Origin: Octopus bimaculoides
Lineage: Eukaryota
DNA: 35,795 bases
Direction: 5' to 3'
Assembly (NCBI RefSeq): GCF_001194135.2
Contig: NC_068983.1
Location: 149,690,771-149,726,565, forward strand
This document shows, in pieces, positions 1 to 10,557 of the stretch. A program made the translations under genes and the position numbers. The first letter of the stretch is position 1. Every line of letters begins with the position of its first letter. Under the pieces are notes generated by a model. It made no database searches. It worked only from the letters and a program-made list of their open reading frames with translations, and had not been told where the DNA came from.

Positions 1-142
1 AATGATTCCGGGATATTTTTCTGAATAAAAATAAGGGATTTGCAGCATATTAGGAGGTCAGGGTACTTGATTCCGCGCAAAAAATCCGAGTTTGTTTTTT
101 TTTCTTAGTTAAAATCGTGTGGTTGAAAGGATCAAAATTTAC

Positions 143-185
143 CCAAATTTTCAGGTGAATAGACGGGTACCATCTTGCTAGTAAA
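143..185 (-). CDS. Possible 5' exon of a divergently transcribed, unidentified gene
   Basis: On the minus strand: tttcAG| acceptor, internal aagATGG at 173 (MVPVYSPENL), then TTGG|GTAAAT donor at 142. A second good-context ATG lies at 335. No homology recognised. Confidence 0.25.
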
Positions 186-440
186 CTGAAACTCAGTACA
201 AATACGCTCACATGCATTATTATGTCTTGCATGAAAGGAAAAAAAAAAATCCCAAAAGAAAAATATTGTTAAACAGTTTATAAGAGAACTGGAGTTAAAT
301 GTATGAAACGAGGTAAATTTAGTTAGCCTCGCCATTGCCAGTAGCAATGACGAGAACGTGTTGGCTTGCTTCAGGAGGTTTAGTTGAACCTTGTGGTGTA
401 CACTTGGTGTTATATTGATGTTTTTTTGTTTGTTTTATTT

Positions 441-695
441 GGTACTACTAAAGCAGCACGGTCCCGAATGCGCAGTCGCGCGTCTGCGCTAGCTAGTCGT
501 GAGTGGTCGATCCTAGCCCTGACCCTGTCCCTAACCCTAACCCTAACCCTGTCCCTAACCCTAACCTGCGTGTGTAAATGAATACATGCTTAGGGTTAGG
601 GTTAGGGTTAAGGTTAGGGTTAGGATCGACCACTCACGACTAGCTAGCGCGGACGCGCGACTGCGCGTTCGGGACCGTGCTGCTTTAGTAGTACC
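441..695. mobile_element. Palindromic MITE-like element with internal telomeric (CCCTAA)n / (TTAGGG)n arms
   Basis: 441-515 is the reverse complement of 621-695 with 2 mismatches. The arms continue inward as CCCTAA-like and TTAGGG repeats around a loop of about 25 bp. The ends GGTAC...GTACC fit a TA (or GTAC) target-site duplication at an empty GGTACC site. Confidence 0.75.
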
Positions 696-874
696 GTTTT
701 ATTTTATAAAATATATTCATTTTCAGATTTATCGCAAATTGTAACAATTATTTTGTACATGCCGAAAAAATAAAGGAGTTCCAAATAAGATATGTTTAAT
801 AATTATCTCCTCTTGGAATCGAATGTGTTGTTCTTCGGTTTTAGAAATTAGAAATAGCTCACAGCACGTCCACG

Positions 875-981
875 ATGGAAGAGGTGTTTACACCTGCAAT
901 ACCAGTTGATACAACATTAGATAATAATTACGATTTAAATATTCCTCCTATGACGGGGAATGAATACCTGAGGAGAGTTAG
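875..981 (+). CDS. GEMIN2: GEMIN2 coding exon 1 (MEEVFTPAIPVDTTLDNNYDLNIPPMTGNEYLRRV-R, ends phase 2)
   Basis: ATG at 875 in good context (cacgATGG). PPMTGNEYLRRV matches the Gemin2 N-terminal motif (human PPRTPQEYLRRVQ, from memory). Donor AG|GTATGC at 982. Confidence 0.93.
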
Positions 982-2699
982 GTATGCAATAATATATATG
1001 CACTAAATGATTTTAATTGTGTATAGTTTGCATTATTTCTCTTTTTGTGTATGTCCATTTTTACCCATTCTCTCATGATCGCATGAAACTGTGACACAAT
1101 ATAAAGTAATTGAGTTAAAAGCAGAAGACTATTATCTAGTGTAGCCTTCCTTTGTTTTCATGAATAAGACACTAAAAGTGATATACATGCACATAACAAA
1201 AAAAGTACCTTTGTTTGGTCTGCAAGCTGTCTGTGACCAGTGAGATCGATTACTGCAGAAAAAAACAAAACAAAAAACACGAGCAGAGATAGACTGCTAT
1301 TCTAGAAGGTTCAATGATTAGTATGGGACATGGGGGCGGGGTAGCGTAGACACATTATAGGTGACAAGAATAGAGGAGACGAGTGGTCCTTCGTGGCAAT
1401 GAGACGAAACTATTCATCTTTTTGGAGAAGAGATCTCTGTAGTAGCACGACAGCTTTTCAGATAAATGTTTGATGTTTCAACATCTTACCATCATAGACC
1501 TCGATTTACAAAGCTTGATCGCTTGGTTTCACTGTTAAAAAAACCGAAGTTTGACGTTGTTTATTTGACTATGTAGCCGTATCATTCTTGTCTTTGTGTT
1601 AGCTACGTGTTTATTCAATGAAATTAAAGTCTACCATAACTGAAATTTAGATTTGCAATTTCATCTCAGAGTAGATATGTTACTTCGAAGATTTAATCAG
1701 AATCGATGACTTTTCACGTGGTTATTATTTTTCATTCATAGTAATGTGGAAGAAAATCTTTCATCAATCATCTAAAAGTACCTCTTTGAAATTTTAAGCG
1801 GACATCCACAAACTGATCACTTGTGATTGTATGAGCTGTGACAGGATAAAATTAAGTTAGAACACGAAGGCTTTTCGTTGATGTAGCCTTCACCTGCTGG
1901 TTGTTTTGGCGCGATGTTTGCGTGCTTCTCTTTTGACAGGTTCCATTACCTTTACTTGGAACTTAAACGTTACCGTAGTACGTTACTCTACTAGTGACTA
2001 CGTTCTAGATTCAAACTTACACAAATACATTGCAGTGCAGGTTGCACAATACAGAAGATAATTTCAAATAGGAAATTACACACTAAACAAAGCCCTAAGA
2101 ATACCTTCATTAATAACATTATTAAATGCAATCCTAAATGCCACTATTCTAGATGGCATTACTCTCAGGATCTCAGAAATACATAAGCATTTTTACCATA
2201 ATGTAACAGTCCCCATGGATTGAAACACGTCCTCATTCAGCTGATGAAGTTTACTGTGAAAGGAATTTGATTGCTATCAGGTTGAACTATAATAAATAAC
2301 GTCTCAGATTGAGATGTAGTGTAAGTAAAATAAAATCCAATGTCTGGAGGCTATAACTTTTCTTGTTCAAAACGTTATTAAATATAAATTTGATCATTTG
2401 TTAGAAATCAACACTCATTATTAATGACAAAAATAATGTTTCTTCAAAGTATTCACCCTCAGTCTTTTTTTTCTTTAGTTAATGTGAGGGTTGCAGTTAC
2501 CATCATAATCATTGTTTTGATATCTACGTTTCCATGCATGGGTCAGATGGAGTTTATTGAGGCAGATGCCACTCCTGTTGTCTCACCCTTCACCTGTTCC
2601 AAGAAGCATGTTTGTGCAGAATATTGGAAATGTATGACAGAGACACTCAGTTACAACTATCATTTGATGCTTAGACACTGGAACACAGTCACACTGTAC

Positions 2700-2880
2700 A
2701 TACACACACACATGCACATGTGATGATGTTTTTTTCAGTTTCACTCTACCAAATCCACTCACAAAGCTTTGGTTGATCTGTGGTTGTAGTTGACACTTGT
2801 CCAAGGTGCCACACCATGGAACTGAACCCAGAACCATATGGTTAGGAAGCAAATTTCTCAATCTATACTTGCACCTATGC
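2700..2880 (-). mobile_element. tRNA-derived SINE family A, 5' part (degenerate)
   Basis: Reverse complement of the head/core seen at 9914-10070 (ggttcagttcc B-box, ccttggacaagtgtc, caaagctttgtgagtggatttggtag). Confidence 0.75.
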
Positions 2881-3699
2881 AATGCCTTTAATTTTTTCAG
2901 GTTCTCTGAGATTGGTGCATAGGTATTAGTTTGATTTGGGTCTTGTAGGTTTGTGTTGGATAGAAAATAGATACAGGGAAGAAACTTAAGACAAATAAGT
3001 TTCAAAGGAGGAAGAATTTGATAAAATATACTGCTTGATTTGACTAAAAAGAAGGACGATGAGCAAAGGGTGCTAACTGCATTGTATGAGCTAATGTGAA
3101 GGGATTTGTTTTAAAAAATCCATCACTCTGTGTGAGAAGTTCCATAACCCATGGGAATATGCTTGGGGCAGAAAGGATAAAGGAGGAATGTGTAAGATTA
3201 GTTTTGGCACTATTTAAAATATTAATACTTGGTGTTTAATATAAACAGTGAGAATTTCACAGGACTGCAGCCCACATTTTTTAAATTTTAAAAGAAGGAA
3301 AAAAAACAAACAAACTTGGTATGAATAGTAAACAGAGTGATGAGTGTAACATGTATGTTTGATTAATACCAATGAGTTATGCTGCAAGTAAGTTTTAAAA
3401 AACATTCTTCATTATACTAGTAACAGAAACAACATAGAGGACATACTGCAGCAATAGGCAGGTATCTGAAGATTCTCATTCAGTGGAAGTTTTGAAAATA
3501 TGAAACTGAGATGATTGTATTAATATGGTTATATTAAGTAGATGGACAATACTAGCTGAATAGTACTTTTTATGTTGTGTGACAATAAGCATGATGTAAC
3601 ACAAATTCAAATCTTCAAACATTTGATCATCTACTTTATATTTTTAGTTTCTTTAATGGGGCCAATTGAGGTTACTTCAAAATAAGCAAATGTTTATAG

Positions 3700-3896
3700 G
3701 CACAGGTATGGCTATAGGCACGGGTGTGGCTATGAGCTAGTAGTGGATGTGTGGTAAGAAGCTTGTTTCTCAATCCCATGGTTTTGGGTTCAATCCCACT
3801 GCATGGTACCTTGGACAAATGTCTTCTATTATAGTCTTAGGCTGACTAAAGTCCTGTAAGTGAATTTGGTTAACAGAAACCGAGAGAAACCTGTTG

Positions 3897-3944
<48 letters not shown>

Positions 3945-4190
3945 TGTGTGTTACTGATTCCTTTCTCCTTGCCTAGATTTTGCATGATCGTTATAAGATT
4001 GAGTGTCACTGTCATGCAAATAGTGTTCTTCATTTACAATCGTTCATGAACACTTGTCTGGTCATGATGAAATATTATCTTGCTTGGAAACAGGTGAGGT
4101 TGGCAACAGGAAGGACATCTGGCTGTAGAAAATTCACTTCAACAAATTCTACCTGATCCATGTGAGCATGGGAAAGTAAACTTCAAAACA
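3700..4190 (+). mobile_element. tRNA-derived SINE family A with internal (TA)n at 3898-3941
   Basis: A-box-like tggatgtgtggtaag and B-box-like GGTTCAATCCC. Core accttggacaaatgtcttctattatag is shared with other copies. The 3' tail caggtgaggttggcaacaggaagg is shared with 7900-7965. Confidence 0.8.
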
Positions 4191-4328
4191 ATGATTGATG
4201 CTTAAATTTGCAAACTCACTAAACTTATATCATAATACAGACATGAAAAATAACTTATTGAGTTAAAAAAAACGAGTAGCATCTTGAATTTATTATTAAC
4301 AATATAAAATTGACCATTTTCTCTTTAG

Positions 4329-4419
4329 GGATGAAGCATTATGTTGTCCATCAGTGGTTGTTGCTAAATCATTAAACACAGAAGCTATGAATAGAAAGCA
4401 GAATGTCCATATTTTAGCA
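4329..4419 (+). CDS. GEMIN2: GEMIN2 coding exon 2 (R-DEALCCPSVVVAKSLNTEAMNRKQNVHILA)
   Basis: Acceptor ttttctctttAG|G and donor GCA|GTATGT. 91 nt, completing the phase-2 codon from exon 1. Matches Gemin2 EAAQCPDVVVAQ...KRKQSVNI. Confidence 0.93.
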
Positions 4420-4756
4420 GTATGTATTCTGAATTTCTTGTCCACTGTTTCTCACTTCAGTAAACTTTACTACAGTCGTATGTTAGTTACCCAATAGAAT
4501 ATTTCAATGTTTTTATGTATTGCAGTACAAGATGAAAAAATCAGGATTTAGTGCTTTATTTTGGCAGATTATATGCAGTACTAGATTTCATCATCTTATC
4601 ATCATTGTTTTTCTGGAATTCAATCTCTTGATTGTATGCATTTATCTTTGCCAGTGAGACCCACCTCTTGCATGTAATCTGCAGCTAGCTGTGGGCTTGG
4701 ATACACTTAGAAAGTCCAGTTCACTGTAATATTTGCTACAATTCTCTGCTCATGAC

Positions 4757-5349
4757 ATCATCATCATCATCATCATCATCGTTTAACGTCCGCTTTCCAT
4801 GCTAGCATGGGTTGGACGATTTGACTGAGGACTGGTGAAACCGGATGGCAACACCAGGCTCCAGTCTGATTTGGCAGAGTTTCTACAGCTGGATGCCCTT
4901 CCTAACGCCAACCACTCAGAGAGTGTAGTGGGTGCTTTTACGTGTCACCCGCACGAAAACGGCCACGCTCNNNNNNNNNNNNNNNNNAAGCCAGTCCAGG
5001 GGCGCTGGCAACGATCTCGCTCGAAAATCCTACAGGAGCCAGTCAGGCGGTACTGGCAACGGCCACGCTCAAAATGGTGCATCTCATGTGCCACCCGCAC
5101 AAGAACCAGTCCAGGGGCACTGGCAACGATCTTACTTGGCTTGCCGGGTCTTCTCACGCACAGCACATTTCCAAAGGTCTCGGTCAGTAGTCATCGCCTC
5201 GGTGAGGCCCAATGTACGAAGGTCTTGCCTCACCACCTCAGCCCAGGTCTTCCTGGGCCTACCTCTTCCACGGGTTCCGTCAACTGTTAGGGTGTGGCAC
5301 TTTTTCACGCAGCTATCCTCCTCCATTCTCAGCTATCCTCCTCCATTCT
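4757..5349 (-). mobile_element. 5'-truncated RTE-clade LINE (RT C-terminus, repetitive 3'UTR, (GAT)n tail)
   Basis: Minus ORF 5132-5326 MEEDSCVKKCHTLTVDGTRGRGRPRKTW...AK* is a typical RTE ORF C-terminus. It has the GGATGCCCTTCCT 3' motif and a (CAT)n tail at the left end. Many copies occur in the window. Confidence 0.88.
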
Positions 5350-7235
5350 TCAATACAAATAGAACAATTTGTGCAAGAGGTATTTTTATTATTTTTAGAT
5401 TGTTCAGCATCAAGAATCATGTCTGTAGTCTGTGTTGTGGTTTCTTCAGTTTAAAAAAGGCAAAAGCAATACAGCAAAAAGATGCATAAGTAGTATTTTG
5501 TAGGAGCATTTCTGTAGAAGTCATATATTTAAATAAAGCTGGGATTTGTACTTTTCTGATACTCTTTCCTTCCTAAGGAAATTTGTGTCATAAAAAAACG
5601 GAACTTATATCAAGTGTTGAAACCAAGTTGTGTTCTCAACTCTTACTCTATAGTACTTGCTATTTGTCATTAACACTAATTTTTCAAGAAATAACTTGGT
5701 AAAGTCTGTATCCACTTACTTTACTGGTAAAGCATTGTCAGGGATATATTACTGGTAATACTGGTAGTGTGTTACTGATTCCTTTATTGAAGTATTACCA
5801 GCATTACTTTACCTGTAATACTGACACTTATTTTATTGATTGGTGTAATGAAAGGCAATATTTGAATTTCTGACTAAGAATATAAGGAATTTAGATTTCT
5901 ACTCCTTTAAACATGTTTTAAATAGTTTGGCAAAAATGGTAAAGGGCTAAATTAAATATCATTCAAAAGTTAGCTTTGTTCTCCATAGTTCAGATCTCAT
6001 GAGAGTTAATTTTGATATCACTAACATAAGTGCCAGTGTGATAGAAGGGGAAAATCCATCAACCAAACTTCTGCATCTGAGAATCAGTTTTTTTTTTGTC
6101 TTATGTAAAGAAATCAATGTATACAAAAATGATCGTTATTAAATATCACTAATTTTTGCTTGAATAAAATGAAAGTTTTTTTTTCCTCTTTCTCATGTTT
6201 ACTAATTTATCATTAAGAATCACCTGTTTAAAACTTGGAGTATTACATATCAAGTTTACACTTCTAAAGTCTATATGAACTCTTTTTGAAATAAATCGGT
6301 TAAGTTAGTTTTAATACCTTTAATGCAGAGAACATTAAGGTTTAACTACAAAAATAGGATATGTTAAAGAAAAAAAAAATGATGATTGACAATGATTGAT
6401 AAACATTCTTATATGCAAGTAGTGATGAATGCATGACTACATGTACAAGATTGTATATTTATATAAATATCTAATATTTGAAATGAGTTACGGTTATGAT
6501 TTCTTATTAATTATTAATCTCATGGAAAAATGTTTAATATTTATATCTATACTACATTTTGATCAGTTTGATCTGTGTATACATAATACTAGACTGGCCT
6601 TGAACTATGTATCTTGATTTCTAAACTAAAAGTCATAATGCTGTCATCCTCTTGGTCACTGACACTTGTTTAATAATATAACTATATGAGGCTATTCATA
6701 TTTATATTTCAAAAAAGACATCCATATGGAGCTGATATCAGGACTAGGATTTACTGATTGAGTTATTAGGAAGTGTTTTATTGTTTTTTCTTCTAAGTTT
6801 CCTCTGTAGTTCTCTACCAGTTATAGAAATTTGGTTCCATATTGATATATAATTTCCTTTCTTGCATCATATATGTTCATCTATTTGTGACTTGTTTTCT
6901 ACTCATTAAGGCTTTCCTATTTTGTATTCTGATTTTTAGGATGCCACCCAGTTTCATCATCATTAATAGTGAGGTTGGGGTTAAACATCCAATTGCACTT
7001 GGAACATCCAATGCAGAGTTCCAAACAACCACAATGGTTAAATGTACATAGGAACAAATAATACAAACTTGTATTTATTCTAATTTTCCCAAAAATAGTT
7101 AGATATAAATGTTAACTGGTTTTTGTTTTTAAAGATGAAGTTATTAATCTTAAAAATTATATTTATATACATTATTCCTTGACATATTTAGATTTCATTT
7201 TTTTTTTTTTACCCTTATGTTCTTGAAATTCCCAG

Positions 7236-7325
7236 GAAGACTGCTGTCTTCCAGCACCAACAGGCTTAGAGCCTTCAGCTGAATGGAAGAGGAAACAGGT
7301 TGCAGATTTTGCAAAAATCAGACAA
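7236..7325 (+). CDS. GEMIN2: GEMIN2 coding exon 3 (EDCCLPAPTGLEPSAEWKRKQVADFAKIRQ)
   Basis: Polypyrimidine tract plus cccAG| acceptor and CAA|GTAAGT donor. 90 nt, phase 0-0. Matches Gemin2 [27 protein letters not shown]. Confidence 0.95.
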
Positions 7326-7391
7326 GTAAGTTGTGGATTATTTATTTTTAAAATAAATTTAACAGTGTAGGAATTAAGGACAGGGACACAC

Positions 7392-7540
7392 ATCATCATC
7401 ATCATCATCATCGTCATTTAATGTCTGCTTTCCATGCTGGCATGGGTTAGCTAGTTTGACTGAGGACTGGCAAGTCAGGAGGCTGCGCTAGGCACCAATC
7501 TAATTTAGCCAGGTTTCTACAGCTGGATGCCCTTCCTAAT
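7392..7540 (-). mobile_element. RTE LINE 3'-end fragment
   Basis: (CAT)n tail followed by tttaatgtctgctttccatgctggcatggg...ctacagctggatgcccttcctaa, the same family as 4757. Confidence 0.85.
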
Positions 7541-7602
7541 ATTTTTTTGCTGCTATATTGAGACTCAGATCTTTTTTCAGTTCACTGGTCCCCTGTATAT
7601 AG

Positions 7603-7965
7603 GCACTGGCCTGATGGTGTGGTTAAAAGGCTTGCTTCCCAACCATGTGGTCTTGGGTTCAGTCCCACCTTACAACACCTTGGGCAAGTGTCTTCTACAA
7701 TAGCACTAGGCCAAGTAAAACCTTGTGAGTGGGTTTGGTAGACAGAAACTAAAATAAGTTTGTTATATATGATTGAGTGTGTGTGTTTGCATGTATGTTC
7801 CCTTGTCTAGATATCAACTGATAGTTGTAAATGAGCATCATTTATCATACAAGTGAGGCTGTTCGTTTCCAGTATTCCATGAAAACAGGTCTGGCCATGG
7901 GGAAATATTACTTTGCTCAGAAACAGTTGAGCATTGGCAGCAGGAGGGGCATCTGGCTGTGGAAA
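7603..7965 (+). mobile_element. tRNA-derived SINE family A (degenerate)
   Basis: ggtgtggttaaaaggcttgcttcccaaccatgtgg, GGTTCAGTCCC and ccttgggcaagtgtcttctac match other copies. Confidence 0.8.
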
Positions 7966-7969
7966 TATA

Positions 7970-8400
7970 AGGGGACTGAGACCTGAGCCCTTATGGGCCT
8001 ATACTTGTTTGTATTGAATTTGTTTCTGAACTCATTGCTGATTGCACCTCTGTACATAGCTTTTACAGCCTTTATTAGCCATTCATTTACCTCTTGTGTC
8101 CTTAGAGATCACTAAACACAGTGCATGGAACCCTGTCAGAAGCCTTGGTAACAAATGTTAGATATTAGAACTTGCTCTGGTGAAGTACTACTTCTGCTGT
8201 TGTCTCACTAGGAAGTTGACATTGGTAGTATCTCTTCCTGGCACAAAGCTGACTTACATTCTCCTCTGTTTTTGATCAATTGTATTACAATGCTTTCCAC
8301 AAGTTTCATAATCTGGTCCATCAATTTGATATTTCTGTAGTTGTCTCTAACTAGTGCATCTTCTTTACAATCATGTAGCTAGTTGACATTGATACTGTTA
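7970..8400 (-). pseudogene. Decayed RTE reverse-transcriptase fragment
   Basis: The minus strand reads KEDALVRDNYRNIKLMDQIMKLVE...FVPGRDTT..FLVRQ, paralleling the RT fragment at 28447-28750. Contains stops and frameshifts. Confidence 0.65.
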
Positions 8401-9011
8401 TATCAGTACGACTACTTTAGAAATTAGGCGAGGAGTTTGCGACGATGACGGCGACGGCAGCGGAACAGCACGCGGCTGCCGAAGCCCGTCAATTGAATAT
8501 GCAGGTGGCTAGCACATGACTTTTGCAAGATGTTTTAAGCACCCCAATAACTACTCTTATATGGTCAGATGCGTTCCCTGTGTTTCATATCTATTTACTA
8601 TTTTCCTCAGCCTCACTCATCTTACCTTCCTTTCTCTTTATCACACATTTTCCTCAAGAACTGTAATCTTTTAATGTCTATTGTATATCTGTTTTATGCT
8701 GGACTGTTAGCAATATTGACATGATTTGTAGTATTAACAGTTGTGTTCTTGGATAAAGTGTGTCCATCTGTTTATTTTAGTTACCTACTTTACAGTGAAG
8801 TACTTAACACTAAGCAGGATATCCTGATGTAAAACAATTGCTTCAGTACAGAATAAGTACATTTTTCTAAAGTATCGCTATCATGTTTATATTGATAAAT
8901 GAAGAAAAAATAACGAAAACAAATAAGGTATTTAAATTTAATCTGGCAAGATGACAAAAAAAGAGGAGAAGGAGTTTAAACAAATATTATTATAGTTCTT
9001 TTCTTCTTTTA

Positions 9012-9205
9012 TTTGTTTCAGTCATTTGACTGTGGCCATGCTGGAGCACCGCCTTTAGTCAAACAAATTGACCCCAGGACTTATTCTTTGTAAGCCTAGT
9101 ACTTATTCTATTGGTCTCTTTTGCTGAGCCGCTAAGTTACGAGGATGTAGACACACTCATCAGTTGTCAAGCGATGGTGGGGGGGGACAAACACAGACAC
9201 ACAAA

Positions 9206-9244
<39 letters not shown>

Positions 9245-9472
9245 GTACGATGGACCAGTTTCTGTCTACCAAANNNNNNNNNNCACACACACACACACAT
9301 ATATATGTACGATGGACCAGTTTCTGTCTACCAAATCCACTCACAAGGCTTTGGTCGGCCCAAGGCTATTGTAAAAGATACTTGTCTAAGGTGCTATGCA
9401 GAGGGACTGAGCCCAGAGCCATGTGGTTGGTAAGCAAGCTACTTATCACACAGCCACTCCTGTGCCTGTTGA
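9012..9472 (-). mobile_element. Full-length tRNA-derived SINE family A with (CA)n
   Basis: Reverse complement of the 9914-10557 copy (tttcagtcatttgactgtggccatgctggagcaccgcc ... agccactcctgtgcc). Contains a 10-N gap. Confidence 0.9.
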
Positions 9473-9913
9473 AATTATTTTGTTTTCTCTCTCAAATGAG
9501 GAGTTAGTTTCATATCAGATTCCTTTTCTCCTCATGCCATACATATCCAAACTACTATAGTAGAATGAAGTGACTTAATGCCCTTAATACTTTGCTTTGC
9601 AGTCACATCGTTTTCAGTTCAACCCCACTTCATGGCACTTTGGGTGGTTGTCTTGTATCATAGCTTTGTGTTCACCCATATTTTGCCTGGTAAGTTAGGT
9701 TGACAGAGACTGTAGAAACCTGTCAGATGGATGGTAGAACTAATACATCATCTAATTTGACATCATCACCATTCTACTGCAGGTACTTGAATCAAGTCAC
9801 TAGATATAGGATACCCTCCCCCATCTTTCCCTCTTCATCAGTGTTAAGTGGTGGGTGAGGGTGGCCTGCAAAAATCATGGGCACTGCCTCTCCTATGGTA
9901 TGCATTGTAATTT

Positions 9914-10069
9914 GTGGCTGTGTGGTAAGTAGCTTGCTTACCAACCACATGGTTCTGGGTTCAGTCCCACTGCGTGGCACCTTGGGCAAGTGTCTTCTAC
10001 TATAGCCTTGGGCCGACCAAAGCCTTGTGAGTGGATTTAGTAGACTGAAACTGAAAGAAGCCCGTCGTA

Positions 10070-10162
<93 letters not shown>

Positions 10163-10255
10163 ACATGTCTCTTAAAGGATAGAGCAGAGAGTTAACAGAT
10201 ACTATATATTTTGTAAAATTTGTTTTATAAAAGTATATATTNNNNNNNNNNTATA

Positions 10256-10337
<82 letters not shown>

Positions 10338-10557
10338 ATATGTTTGTGTGTCTGTATTTGTCCCCCAAACTTCGCTTGACAACTGATGCTGGTGTGTTTA
10401 CGTCCCCGTAACTTAGCGGTTCGGCAAAAAGAGACCGATAGAATAAGTACTAGGCTTACAAAGAATAAGTCCTGGGGTCGATCTGCTTGACTAAAGGCGG
10501 TGCCCCAGCATGACCGCAGTCAAATGACTGTAACAAGTGAAAGAGAGTAAAAGAGTA
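9914..10557 (+). mobile_element. Full-length tRNA-derived SINE family A with expanded internal (TA)n/(TG)n
   Basis: A-box TGGCTGTGTGG, B-box GGTTCAGTCCC, central microsatellite tract and 3' tail ...gtcaaatgactgtaacaagtgaaagagagtaaaagag. Confidence 0.9.

Noticed and set aside
384-581. ORF with an LTLTLSLTL repeat
   Set aside because: It is a translation of the CCCTAA repeats in the palindrome and starts at TTG, with no coding evidence.
516-624. True telomere or chromosome-fusion site
   Set aside because: The arrays are short, separated by a unique loop and enclosed by long TIRs with a TSD, which fits a transposon better.
1200-2010. Possible intronic snoRNAs in intron 1
   Set aside because: No convincing paired C/D boxes with a terminal stem and no H/ACA double hairpin by eye. 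A covariance-model search would be needed.
2424-2723. 99-aa ORF considered as GEMIN2 exon 2
   Set aside because: No Gemin2 similarity and it overlaps repeat sequence. The real exon 2 at 4329 fits both phase and homology.
9238-9333. Direct duplication flanking a 10-N gap
   Set aside because: Identical sequence on both sides of the gap indicates an unmerged contig overlap (assembly artefact).
9914-9985. tRNA gene
   Set aside because: Only A/B-box-like motifs in a SINE head; no full cloverleaf, and it continues into SINE core sequence in multiple copies.
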